Positions 11,452 to 21,359 of a stretch of 64,000 nt of DNA are shown here, in pieces. Below the pieces are notes generated by a model, which did not search any database, had not been told where the DNA came from, and worked only from the letters and a program-made list of their open reading frames with translations. Origin of the DNA: Cyanidioschyzon merolae (Eukaryota); the NCBI GenBank assembly GCA_000091205.1, contig AP006491.2; one strand, given 5' to 3'. Every line of letters begins with the position of its first letter. Positions within the stretch are counted from its first letter, which is position 1. The translations under genes were made by a program, and so were the position numbers.

Positions 11452-12345
11452 TTCGTATGATCTTTCAACTCATTTTTGTTTCACCCGAGCTGTGGTGAAT
11501 AGCAGGAGATAAAAATCACGATGCCATCTACCCTGTAGATCGTAGGCGATTTGGCTATAGGATAGCTTCTTTAATGAACAGTGGAAGGAGGACTGCTTTC
11601 CTCCTTCAGGTCAGTCATACGACGGTTCGCAGATAGCTGAGGAGCACTGAAAGAAAGAAACAAATAGATGCGCTCCGCGCCAAAAAAAACCGGTACTTTC
11701 AAGGCGTGCTTGCGGTCAAAGGAAGAAAACGATCCGCTGATCGCCTTAGTGAAAGCAAAAGCGACGGTAATAGCCACCACGGGCGTCTGTATTACTCAGA
11801 AACTTATTTGTGTGATCCTGAAACCACTGGAATATGGTAGGAATAGAGTCCAATCTCATTCACGGCCATCTTCCATCGAAATCGCAAATATCGCATTCCT
11901 GGAACGTCGCGACCGGTATGAAGCAAAGTGAAGTGGGTTTGTTTTCTCACTCGATGAACCTTTATTCTGGCGATACGCTCGGAGCGTATGTGGGTACTCG
12001 CGGAGCAGGGAGCCCATTGTATGTGCGGTCGAATTCGAAGAAAACGAGGGCATCGTCTGTTCTAGCGGCGATGGATTCATTCGGAAGTCTCAGTTTCGCT
12101 CGTGGAAAAGGTGCATACCACAGCAGAGACCACGTTGTCGAATCGTTGAACAATTTTCCCATGACGTCTACTTACTTTCTTCTATTATACAACGTCGCAT
12201 TTCAGCATTCCGCTTGCGTCCGAGCTTTGTCGATGCTATCAGAATAAAGTTACTTCTCATTCCTCCATACTATCCGTGATTCAAGCTCATTGAAGGAGAG
12301 TTTTCTATCGTAAAATATGTTGATCGCTCCACTAGGCGAACCGCT
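11452..12345 (+). repeat. Dispersed repeat family 'R2', copy 2
   Basis: Collinear homolog of 1942..2855 (see that entry). It lies next to the Fanzor-like fragment at 10.76-11.14 kb and the R3 copy at 12.9-14.1 kb. Confidence 0.65.
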
Positions 12346-12899
12346 GAGGGTGTCACCTTACAGTGAAACCGGTGCATTTTTTCGTCTTTCTTATGCAAAT
12401 CCTAGTCCCTCCGTGTAGGTCCTCACACAACGGCATCAACAATTGCTTTCATTTTAAAAAATAAGGAATGAGCATGAATGCACAATTCAGGAGATCGGAA
12501 TGCAGAAAAGCCAGCGGAGCGCTGACAGAGCAGCAAATGATACTGAGAGCGCGAGTTCGAGGACTCCTTGCACTAATGAGTTCAGAAAACGCCTAGAAAT
12601 GGAGGGAGGTAGCGAACCGAGACTTTAACACCGCCACTAATATCAGGACATGTGCGATGCTGACGACGATACCCGAGATGCTGAGGCGATCTAGTTTTGT
12701 GAGACAGCCTCTCAGGGTTAGAGCGTACAAGGAGAAGCGAAAACCGATAGCAAGCGGCTGGTCAAGAAACGTCGGGAGGCACCTGCGAGTGGGTAGATAT
12801 ACTTACTCTCTATCATTGTGAAGCGTTTTTTTGTTTCACTGACGATCTCTGCACATCATTCACCCATATAAGAATCAAATCGAACGGGTCTGCGGACAC

Positions 12900-14110
12900 G
12901 GGCAAACACACTAAAATTCCGAGTCTCTTCCATCTGTGATGAACACCAGCATCTGCGAGGTTTTTCCTCATCAATCTCCGTTTCCCGTCTCGTATTCCTC
13001 GAGTTACGTACGCGAGTCTCTCCTGCTCTTCCAGCTCCGTGGTAAGCAGTCGAGGGGCGTTGATGGCACTGTGCAAGCCCCGATACCACAGCTTCTAGCG
13101 CTTGTCTACGCATTCTGTCCACGAGCCAAATTTGCAAGATACGCCTCGATTGCCAATTTCATCTCCTTTGTAAAGAGCATTGGTGCGTCCTTCGTGGCGG
13201 TAACGCTTTGCCATGGCCAGATGCGCCCATGTCTCCACCAGAGCTCCTCCGAGAGCGGACCTGTGAGATGTGAACGCTTGCTGCGTCGCTCAGCTCATGC
13301 CCTGGATGGCTAGAGAAGGATTCGTTCGATGTCCTTCTCCGTTTTCGTGCCTGATGCCGTACCCTACGATCACGAGCTTCTTGCACCCGATCCCTTTGGC
13401 AAGCACGCTGCCCGCTGCATGCCCATGCGCATGCTCTTCCCTTTGGTAGAGGATTTCTGGAACGCGGTGTTGCTCTTGATGATACAAGGCCTGGAAGGAA
13501 AATCCAGGCTGGAGGAATACATTCGGAAGTTTTAGATTTTTCGGCGCTCCCTCGATGCCAAAGCAGTAAGGCGCGCTCCATTGGAGGCGATTCCTGCGAT
13601 GACTCACGTCCGAGTCCAAGACCTTTTCCCATGCAACAGAACGGACAGGAGCCTCTGTTAGCATGTTCCGTGAGAAGTATCATGGCGCTTCGTCGATCGC
13701 CACAAAAATGGAAAAATTCGTGTTTCGAACGGAATCAATACATTTCCATGAGAAGCCATGTGAAAGCTCCGCATGATCTTACGAAGAATTCTTCAACAGT
13801 TGATGTCGAATTTTTTTGCTCGTCAGTCCATCGGCGCGAATGAATGAATGAACCCACGAGTTGCCTTGAAATCGAACGTTTTATGAACTGGAGAATGCGT
13901 GATCCGAGTATGCTAAACGTAAGGAATGGAGCAGCGTGGTGGTTTGTGCTCTAGAGTTGGGTGAGGAAAAAATCGTTTCCTTTTTCGAGTCCTCGTTCGA
14001 GAGCCTCGTGGTCCAACTTGATTTCGGTGACGTAACGAATTCCTGCGACACAGCGTCGAAAGAGCCATCCCGAAAACACGACCGAGACTCATGATGCTGC
14101 ATATGAAACC
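12900..14110 (+). repeat. Dispersed repeat family 'R3', copy
   Basis: Carries an ORF ending ..SIGASFVAVTLCHGQ..LLRRSAHALDG*, homologous to the 46.0-46.4 kb copy (..FGASYAAVTLECYR..LSHRSAHTMDG*). The block ccgtaccctacgatcacgagc..ttctggaacgcggtgttgctcttgatgatacaag matches 39.77-39.93 kb. Also has gagaagtatcatgg..tttcgaacggaatc and the terminal ttcggtgacgtaacg..agcgtcgaa (14030). Confidence 0.55.
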
Positions 14111-14971
14111 GTGCGCCCCTATTACTGCAACTTGAATCTCGAGGCCGTCCAGAAAAATTTCGAAAAAATCTCAAGTCAGGAACCGAGCAAGCACTTTAGT
14201 GCTCCATTTTCAGCTAACACAAGTGCTAAGCAGGGCGTGCCGACGCTGGAGCAGTGCGCACACCCACGGACAATGCGAGAAGCGAACGCTGTGGGCTCTT
14301 TCCAGCGCTACTGCGAGCGCACTGGGCAGTCGCTATTGCCGCACCTCACACTGTATACAAGCGACCTGGACGGACGTACACGCAACTTCCAGAAAACGTA
14401 CACTTGGGGCGTTGGATGGGTGCCCGTCACCAGCGGTGTGTAGCGGCTCAAGCTGAGCCTAGTCCTGGGAACGCCAGACGCATTCGCAGCGGAGACTCTA
14501 TGCGTACCGCTACCGCTCGTTTCTTCCCAGCGATGACTGATCAAGCCGCGGCACTGCGACGCCGGCTGACGAGACCCCAGCGCTCCCAACTCTGGTTCAA
14601 ATGCCAAAGCGGGCTATGAACCTCATACCGGGCAGTGCCAGTCTGGTTCCTGCTGGCATTCCAAAGGCCTCCTTCTCCGCGCTAGTGTGTTCTATCTTTC
14701 CCCACGCACACTAGTCATCTCTGCTCTCCTGACCGGAACGCTCGATCGCTTGAGCGCAAGCAGCAACCAACAGCGTACCCGCTCCTTTTCAGCACGTGAC
14801 AGTAGCGTTTCTGACACCAAGCGGCTATGTTCGCTCTTCCTCCAGCAACCGACAGTCCACGGGCTGTTCGGGTCAGAAGCGCGCACAGCGAGGAATCCGC
14901 TTTGCCGATGCGCTGTGGTGTTCGCGCGAGCTAACACAAGTACATAGATCGAGCTTCGATACTTGCTGCGA

Positions 14972-17131
14972 ATGATGACAAGCTCGCTAGGACTAGGATT
15001 TTCATTTGTATATCACCCTCCGCACAGTTTATATCAATGGGTAGATGAGCGGTCCTTAGTACGAACAGACACGCTGGCAGCGACGCGTACGTCACGGTTC
15101 GACGCTGGGCAGCACTGGCGAGCCAGTAGCGTACGCAAAACGAACTCGCGAAGCGTTCACTTGCTGTACAGATCTTTGACAGCGAACGCGAACTCAGCAA
15201 GCGCTGCAACCACGCACGTGCGGAGGGAGTCCTCGGTTTTCTGGAACTCGTGGCCTCGGCGGCGAAGCGTTTGTGGCAAGCCACCGGAGCAGCCTCGAGC
15301 GATTGCTGCTGTGTGGCTTTACGATGCGCCCGGAAACGAAGTCGAAAACCTCGCTGCACTTCAGTTGGCACTAGAATGTCACGGTTCGCGGCAGTTGCGG
15401 GTCTTCTGGATACGCACTGGCGCCTCACAACTGCGACAGGGACTGCGTTGGCGTCCCGCGGCACGCCAGCGTCACAGGGAGGCAGCTGACGCCGCCCTGA
15501 GGGCATTACTGTATTCTCAACACCACCTTTGCCTCGAAGTCATCGAGAACGATACGGATAAGCGCCAGCTCTTGGACGATGGTCAATTGTACCGAACGTT
15601 GCTCTTCAAGCTACGCATGCTCGCACCCCATTACCTCTATGTATCCGCGGGATGTCGGTTGCTCGTTGAGCGCGTTTTCCCATGGGGCAGCGGTATCCAG
15701 CACTGGCAACAGGTGATCCGGCAGCATGTCCGGGAGGCTTCCTGCTCGTGTTGGGTGATCTTCCCGCATGGAAACAAGTGCATATCTTCGCATATTTTCA
15801 TGCTCGGTGCCGGGCCCCTGGTGCCGGCGGCACCCAACTTGGTTCTCGAAGAGATCCAGGCCCGGGGTCAAGTGCGCATTTTCCGGGAACCCGACTGTTC
15901 TGAGAATGACCCTGCGGAGCAACCCTTCATCATGAGCGCCGACTCCAGTGAGCGGTCGCTGGTAGAGCGCCTGCGCAACTGGTTGATCCAGGTGTACCTT
16001 CCGCACGGCTACCCGCACACGGTAACGCAGGACTACCTGGCTTTCACTTTGTGGCGTCTGCTACAGAATACCGCGGCATCGGTGATGGGGGTCTTCTCCA
16101 CCGAGGCCCTTCTCCTGGGTCTCGGTCTCGGGAAAAACGTGTCTGGCACCGCCCAGGCTGTGCAGTGGATCCTCAAAGACGGTTTCGGTCACGCCGGAAA
16201 GATCGCCTACGCAGCCGTTGCCGGGAAGCAGTTCGACATGGATCCACGAAGCTGGCGAATCATGAGCGACCTCCTCGAAGATCTAGCCGGCGTTCTCGAG
16301 ATCATCACACCGATTTTCAGCGGTCAGTTCCTGGTCCTGGCATCTATTGCCACTACCATGAGAGCGATCGCTGCCATGACAGGAACGGCAACCCGTCATG
16401 CGATTTTCAAGAGCATGGCTTTGGCTGAAAATCAGGGTGACCTCGCTACCAAGGGGGAATCCCAGGGTGTTACCACCAAACTAATCGGGCTTGGCCTCGG
16501 TATTACCCTCAGCAAACGAATAGGCCAAGATTACACGAATCTCCTAATCGCGTATGGCATTGCAGCTGTTATTCACTTGGCTGCAAATTTCAAAGCCATG
16601 CAATGCGTCGAGTTCTCGACGCTCAACCGTCAACGAATGGCGCTTCTTCTGGACGCCTTCATGTCAGCGCGCGCGCAGACGTCTCGCCAGGCGTCCAGGC
16701 AACTGACACTCCCAACTCCACGAGAAATCTGTGCAAAGGAGCGCTTTATGATTCCACCTTGGCGGGACTACCGTCCTGAAATCGTTTTCGGAGCGAGTCT
16801 GCAAAGAGTCAAACACGCTCGACACTTTCTCCACTGCGCGGCACTGTATCGGAATGAGCGTTACATTATCTACGCTGAGCCTTCAACAAAGCATGTCTTG
16901 GTTTTCCTGCGGGACGGTGCAACCGTCAAGGACCAGCTCAAAGCTTTCATGAATGCGCAACGATACCTGCTGGATCGAGATGCCGAACGTGCGTACAACT
17001 TCACACAACGCGAATTCTCCACTTTCCTGCAGGCTACCGTCGCGAGCGGCTGGAGCACCAACGTTTCGCTGTTGAACCCCACATCGTACCGGATTCGTTA
17101 CCGTGGCGACAGGCACCTCGTACGCTCCTGA
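14972..17131 (+). CDS. RUS family protein (DUF647; Root-UVB-sensitive / RUSF1-like)
   Basis: Block-wise similarity recalled against human RUSF1/C16orf58: LPHGYPHTVTQDYLAFTLW..ALLLGLGLG ~ FLPQGFPDSVSPDYLPYQLW..AVLLGIGVG; WILKDGFGHAGKIAYAA ~ WLVKDSTGMLGRIVFAW; RIMSDLLEDLAGVLEIITPIF ~ RLFADILNDVAMFLEIMAPVY. The first in-frame ATG is at 14972 (the track start at 14963 is TTG). Stop codon TGA. Confidence 0.75.
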   Translation: MMTSSLGLGFSFVYHPPHSLYQWVDERSLVRTDTLAATRTSRFDAGQHWRASSVRKTNSRSVHLLYRSLTANANSASAATTHVRRESSVFWNSWPRRRSVCGKPPEQPRAIAAVWLYDAPGNEVENLAALQLALECHGSRQLRVFWIRTGASQLRQGLRWRPAARQRHREAADAALRALLYSQHHLCLEVIENDTDKRQLLDDGQLYRTLLFKLRMLAPHYLYVSAGCRLLVERVFPWGSGIQHWQQVIRQHVREASCSCWVIFPHGNKCISSHIFMLGAGPLVPAAPNLVLEEIQARGQVRIFREPDCSENDPAEQPFIMSADSSERSLVERLRNWLIQVYLPHGYPHTVTQDYLAFTLWRLLQNTAASVMGVFSTEALLLGLGLGKNVSGTAQAVQWILKDGFGHAGKIAYAAVAGKQFDMDPRSWRIMSDLLEDLAGVLEIITPIFSGQFLVLASIATTMRAIAAMTGTATRHAIFKSMALAENQGDLATKGESQGVTTKLIGLGLGITLSKRIGQDYTNLLIAYGIAAVIHLAANFKAMQCVEFSTLNRQRMALLLDAFMSARAQTSRQASRQLTLPTPREICAKERFMIPPWRDYRPEIVFGASLQRVKHARHFLHCAALYRNERYIIYAEPSTKHVLVFLRDGATVKDQLKAFMNAQRYLLDRDAERAYNFTQREFSTFLQATVASGWSTNVSLLNPTSYRIRYRGDRHLVRS

Positions 17132-17300
17132 TCAAAGTGCGACGCGCTTTCTCTGCTATTGAAAGATGCAGTCGATAATTCCTGATGCAGCAAATGCGGC
17201 TACGGTAGCCGCTGATGAAAAAACGGTTCCAGAGTCGAATGACGTGCTTTCGCGGAAGCGCAGCACCGCTGTCTCTGGGTGCCGTTCCCCTGGTACGGCA

Positions 17301-17855
17301 TTAGACGGGCGCTTGACCGCTGTCTCTGGGTGCAGTCTCCGCAGAAGCCCTCTGTCCGGGGTGTTGCTCGGGTTCGGCAGCCGGCTGCAGCGGTTTCAAG
17401 TCTAACACTCGTTGCGACCAGTGCGTCTGCCAGTCTTCGATACTGAGTCGCACCTCCGCCGCCAGGTGTGAGTTCGGAAGTCGCAAGATACGCTCCAAGC
17501 AGCTGGGCACCGTGCTCAGCGCTCCAGCGTAGCCGCTCACCCCAGCAGTGGCGACAATAGCGAGCACCCGCAACCAGGCTGGAACGCGCGCACGCCAACT
17601 ATCCTGGAAAAAGCGTGTCGAGCCAGGACGAGCCCGCCATGGTAAACCGTAGAGCACCAGACTAGAGAGCAGTGCGCCGCCGACAAGTGCCCCTGTTCCT
17701 CGAAGAGCTGCCTGTCGTGCGCAGTCCCGAAGCACCAGCTGCTCATCCGGACGCATGCTGGACCAGTTCAGCACCAGCGACTCTGATTTTCGGCCTGTGT
17801 TAGCTTTCTGCCGTCTGGTATCAGGGGTCTCAGCTCGAGGCTGCTCAGTTGTCAT
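17301..17855 (-). CDS. Hypothetical small protein with two glycine-rich hydrophobic helices (possibly an organellar membrane protein)
   Basis: A 184-codon ORF with an ATG start at 17855. Hydrophobic segments GALVGGALLSSLVLYGL and VLAIVATAGVSGYAGAL. No motif I can name. Confidence 0.3.
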   Translation of the reverse strand: MTTEQPRAETPDTRRQKANTGRKSESLVLNWSSMRPDEQLVLRDCARQAALRGTGALVGGALLSSLVLYGLPWRARPGSTRFFQDSWRARVPAWLRVLAIVATAGVSGYAGALSTVPSCLERILRLPNSHLAAEVRLSIEDWQTHWSQRVLDLKPLQPAAEPEQHPGQRASAETAPRDSGQAPV

Positions 17856-18613
17856 TGGGGGTTTTCATCAAAAGAAGCAGCAACAGGAGCAGCGGCGACG
17901 AGCGCAGCCCCGTGCCTTGAACGCACGTGCCTGCGCTGGATGGACAAACCTCGTTTCCTCGTTGCGACGAGAGGTCGCCATACAGCACTGCATTGAACGG
18001 GAGAATATCGGGTGCGTATGCGTAGAAACATCGACTGACGACTCTGTGCGATAGTGTTCAACCCAAATCCTTTAGTGAAACGTCAACAACTGAGATTCTG
18101 CTAAATGTGCTCCATTTCCGTAAGCGACGTACGTTGCGTCGCTCGAACTCCAGCCGCAGCTAACGCTCACCATTGCTGCTACAGGCTGTGAACGAGGTGA
18201 CCACTGTTGAAGCTGTCGTGGCTCACGCTTCTCTACTGCCTTTTCCTGCTGCTTTGAACAGCTTTTCCGACGGAAACTAAACAGAAACTCGGAGACTTGT
18301 TCCAGTCCGTGAACCTGTTTGCATCTGTAGCAAAGGCCTGGCGTCCTCAAGCGTGAAAGCATCCGGCGCGCTTGCCACAGTGGCGACACGTCACGCTTCA
18401 ACAACGGGTATTGTAACGCTTTCCATGTGTTATTGAAGCTCCAGTCTGGCGGCTGCACACGGCCGATGCACTCCCTCCGAGTCGTATGCGAAAACGCGGC
18501 ATCGAGCGATCCCTCCCCAGAGAAGAGCAACGACGCTCGGTACTACCAGGAGAGCGTGCCCACTGAATTCGATGTGCATCGGCTCTGGATGACCCTGTCC
18601 AGCGGGTTTCTAC

Positions 18614-19382
18614 CTAACCACGAGTTGAAGACCGGACACAAATGGAGCCCAATTCGTTCCCGAATTCACTGTAGACGGCAACAGGTCTTCGCGCGGCCCG
18701 GATTTCATCGATAGCGGCTTTGTAGTCCTTGGCACCAAACACTGCTGAACTGGCTACCAGGGCGTTCGCACCCGCCTCGACAACACGCCAGGCGTTGGAG
18801 CCCTTCACGCCGCCGTCGACCTCGAGCCAGAGATCATGCTTGCCGAGGCGATCAGCCATCTTCCGTATCTCGGTGATTTTCGGCAACACCTCGTCAATAA
18901 ATGCTTGCCCGCCGTACCCCGGATTTACGCTCATCACCAGCACCAGGTCCACGATAGGTAGGACGTACTCAATTGCCATTGGTGGCGTGGCCGGGTTCAG
19001 AACGACACCGGCACGACACCCGAGGCTTCGAATCATCTGCAGCGTTCGATGCAGGTGGATCGTCGACTCGCCCTCGCAATGCACGCTGATGATGTCAGCG
19101 CCTGCTTTGGCAAAGGCGGGGATGTGTTGGTCTGGATTCACGACCATCAAGTGAACGTCAAGCGGCCGCTGTGTAACCGGACGCAGCGCCTCCACGACGC
19201 CTGCGCCGATGGTTATTGGCGGTACAAAGTGCCCGTCCATAACGTCAACATGTATCCAGTCTGCACCGAAACGGTCTACGGCGCTTACCTCTTCACCGAG
19301 TCGGGCAAAGTTTGCCGACAGAGTGGAAGGTGCAACCACAACTTGCCCCGGTTTGGGCGTGGGGTACCCTTTCCACACCCAT
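18614..19382 (-). CDS. RPE: Ribulose-phosphate 3-epimerase; proposed two-exon model with exon 1 = ATGG (19379..19382), a 37-nt intron (19342..19378, GT..AG), and exon 2 = 18614..19341
   Basis: The conserved RPE core ([19 protein letters not shown].., ..[12 protein letters not shown].., ..VDGGV..) fills the ORF. The ORF has no in-frame ATG; the track start at 19378 is GTG. An out-of-frame ATG sits 4 nt upstream, followed by GTGTGG...GCAAG. Splicing that out yields [20 protein letters not shown], the canonical RPE N-terminus. Confidence 0.85.
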
Positions 19383-20119
19383 GCGCAGGGGACGACCCTT
19401 TGCTGTGCTGCTGCGCGGTTTTGGTCCCCGCCTGCACGCTACCGTCTCTTACGTCCAGACATTTGCTTGCGCTCGAGAGCACTGTGAACCAGTTACTATA
19501 AACGCGCACATGGAACGAGTTCCAAGCGCCGGTGCAGCTCGCCTTGTCGTAGACACAGATGAGCGCTGGAGCGTACAGCGCTCGGTGGTACCTAGCGGCG
19601 TCGGTGGCGGCGGTGATGAAGCGTCTGAGACAGGCGTCGATGGCCGTCCAGTGACGGGTGTCAAATTTGATCTAAAACTGGAATGAGTGTTCAAGATTCA
19701 AAGGTTGCCGTTGCGGCAGCGGTGCCAGGCTGCTCTCTCGCAGGGATACTATTTACGTAGCTACGATCAATATCCAGAGCTGCATCTAGGATGCCTCCGA
19801 ACAGGCTCGCTTTGATCATATGTGGACCGTTTCGACGGGAACGCTTTCGACAGCACCACACGGACCTGGAAGGTCGTTCACCTATCTGTTGAGAAAAAGC
19901 GCATATACGGCACATGAACTGGCTGGTCCACGGACACGTCAGTGACAACTCATTTTCGCAATGCGTTGTGATATATCGAGTGAACCGTCGGAAAAACGTC
20001 TTTACCACTGAACGAGTTGAGTATACCTGACTAGCGGCGCGCGTGAAGGACACACTCGATTCCTTTTCGTTGGACGAAACGTTGACCCACAGAGCAGCAA
20101 TCCCTGAGAGCGTGCTCGG

Positions 20120-20735
20120 TAACCGCGCGTTGTGGGGTTTCCATCGTTCCGCGCCCTCCTCGCAAGTTCCGCTTCCCATACGTTCCCTCGGAGGTACCGA
20201 TTATTTTCAAGTTCGACCGTGTGCCGACTGCCCGTCGCGAGCGTCCGCGATAGCGCCTATAGCGGCGGCGCGGTCGTAGCATAGACAGAGAGAACCGACA
20301 TGCCATACCAGAGAGCGCATCGACTCGAGGAATGTCACGGCTGAGTCACGGTCGAGGTTCATGATCATTCTGGGAGCCTGCAAGCTGCGCTGGCAGACCT
20401 ACTGCCTGCGACAGCGCGAATCGATATCCTAGGAGTCCACTGCGACCAGGGCGACGCCCAGATGCAGCTTAACTGTCCCTAGTCCCAGAATGAATTGCTT
20501 TGTGGACGAGTAGCACAGGTTTCTTTCAAGAACGCGCCGCTGGGAGGGGCATGAAGCACGAGCCTGGCAGACTCGTTCGGCTCGCGCTACTTTCCGCCTA
20601 GACGTTAAACTTTCGGAAATACGGAAAAAATTTTCCCCTTTTAATGTTTAATGTAGACGGGGAAAGAAATCGATAGCTCGTTGCTCGTGACTCGTGAGTC
20701 TCTTTCCTTTTTTTTCTAAATAGCGCGGTTGAGAC
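20120..20735 (+). repeat. Dispersed repeat family 'R4', copy 2, immediately 5' of the Fanzor-like element
   Basis: Collinear with 2920..3522. Conserved hairpin at about 20626..20670 (tttcccc-[20 nt]-ggggaaa). Confidence 0.65.
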
Positions 20736-21017
20736 GCGCAATTCAGAGATCTGGCAGTCATGAGATATGACGCGCTTGTCGCCGTTGAAGGGAGACACGA
20801 TCCAAACCTTTATGATCCAGCAGTAAAGTAAAAGTTCTATTTCCGTTGAAGTCGTAGCAAACTGCAGTTTTCAGTTGAATCGTGTTTCAACCCTCAAATA
20901 AGTGTATTCAAGTCCTTTTTCGCGGTTTATAGGAGAAGCGTTCAAAGAGCGCCCTTTTTCAAAAAAAATAAAAAAGGAAATGTTATCAAAAACCAAGTCG
21001 ACGATCCTGGAGGCCAA

Positions 21018-21359
21018 GTGTCGCTGGCTGCCAGAAAAAACAAAAAACAGTACCGAGTCCAGAAGAAAAGAAAGAGAAGAAGGACCGAAAGGAGGGAGGT
21101 CCTACGTCGAAGGCTGCAAGAAAGACCACACTACAACGAACTGGTTATGAAAGCCTGTCTTCTTGAACAGATCAAGGTTCCGTGCAAGAAAAAGTTACGA
21201 GAGTCCATTCGAAACCGTTTTGAGCCGAACTCCATGACTATAATACAGGTGTCGTCAGGACTAATGCATTTGGCGGGGGAGATGTATCGCGAAGTGACGC
21301 ACATGGAAACGGTCCAGCTTCCGAACGAGTTTTCGACGAGACCTTTATTCGTCACATGA
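21018..21359 (+). CDS. Element ORF1: basic, NLS-like protein (KKRKRRRTERR). Its TGA stop overlaps the ATG of the nuclease ORF (ATGA)
   Basis: The ORF is conserved in copy C (44013..44501, MHIAKEMYRNVTHMETVEVPDEF..) and copy B (33303..33581, minus strand). The start codon is uncertain: the track start is GTG, and a further ORF at 20902..21150 in another frame may belong to the same protein. The ATGA overlap is present in both copy A and copy C. Confidence 0.4.
   Translation: MSLAARKNKKQYRVQKKRKRRRTERREVLRRRLQERPHYNELVMKACLLEQIKVPCKKKLRESIRNRFEPNSMTIIQVSSGLMHLAGEMYREVTHMETVQLPNEFSTRPLFVT

Noticed and set aside
18614-19378. Using the ORF-track start (GTG at 19378) as the epimerase initiation codon
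   Set aside because: The ORF track accepts GTG, TTG and CTG as starts. A eukaryotic gene is unlikely to initiate at GTG. The ATGG plus 37-nt intron model restores a canonical N-terminus instead. Other gene starts were likewise moved to the first real ATG (RUS 14972, ABCG 30599, the ORF at 10417, GDPD 58641).
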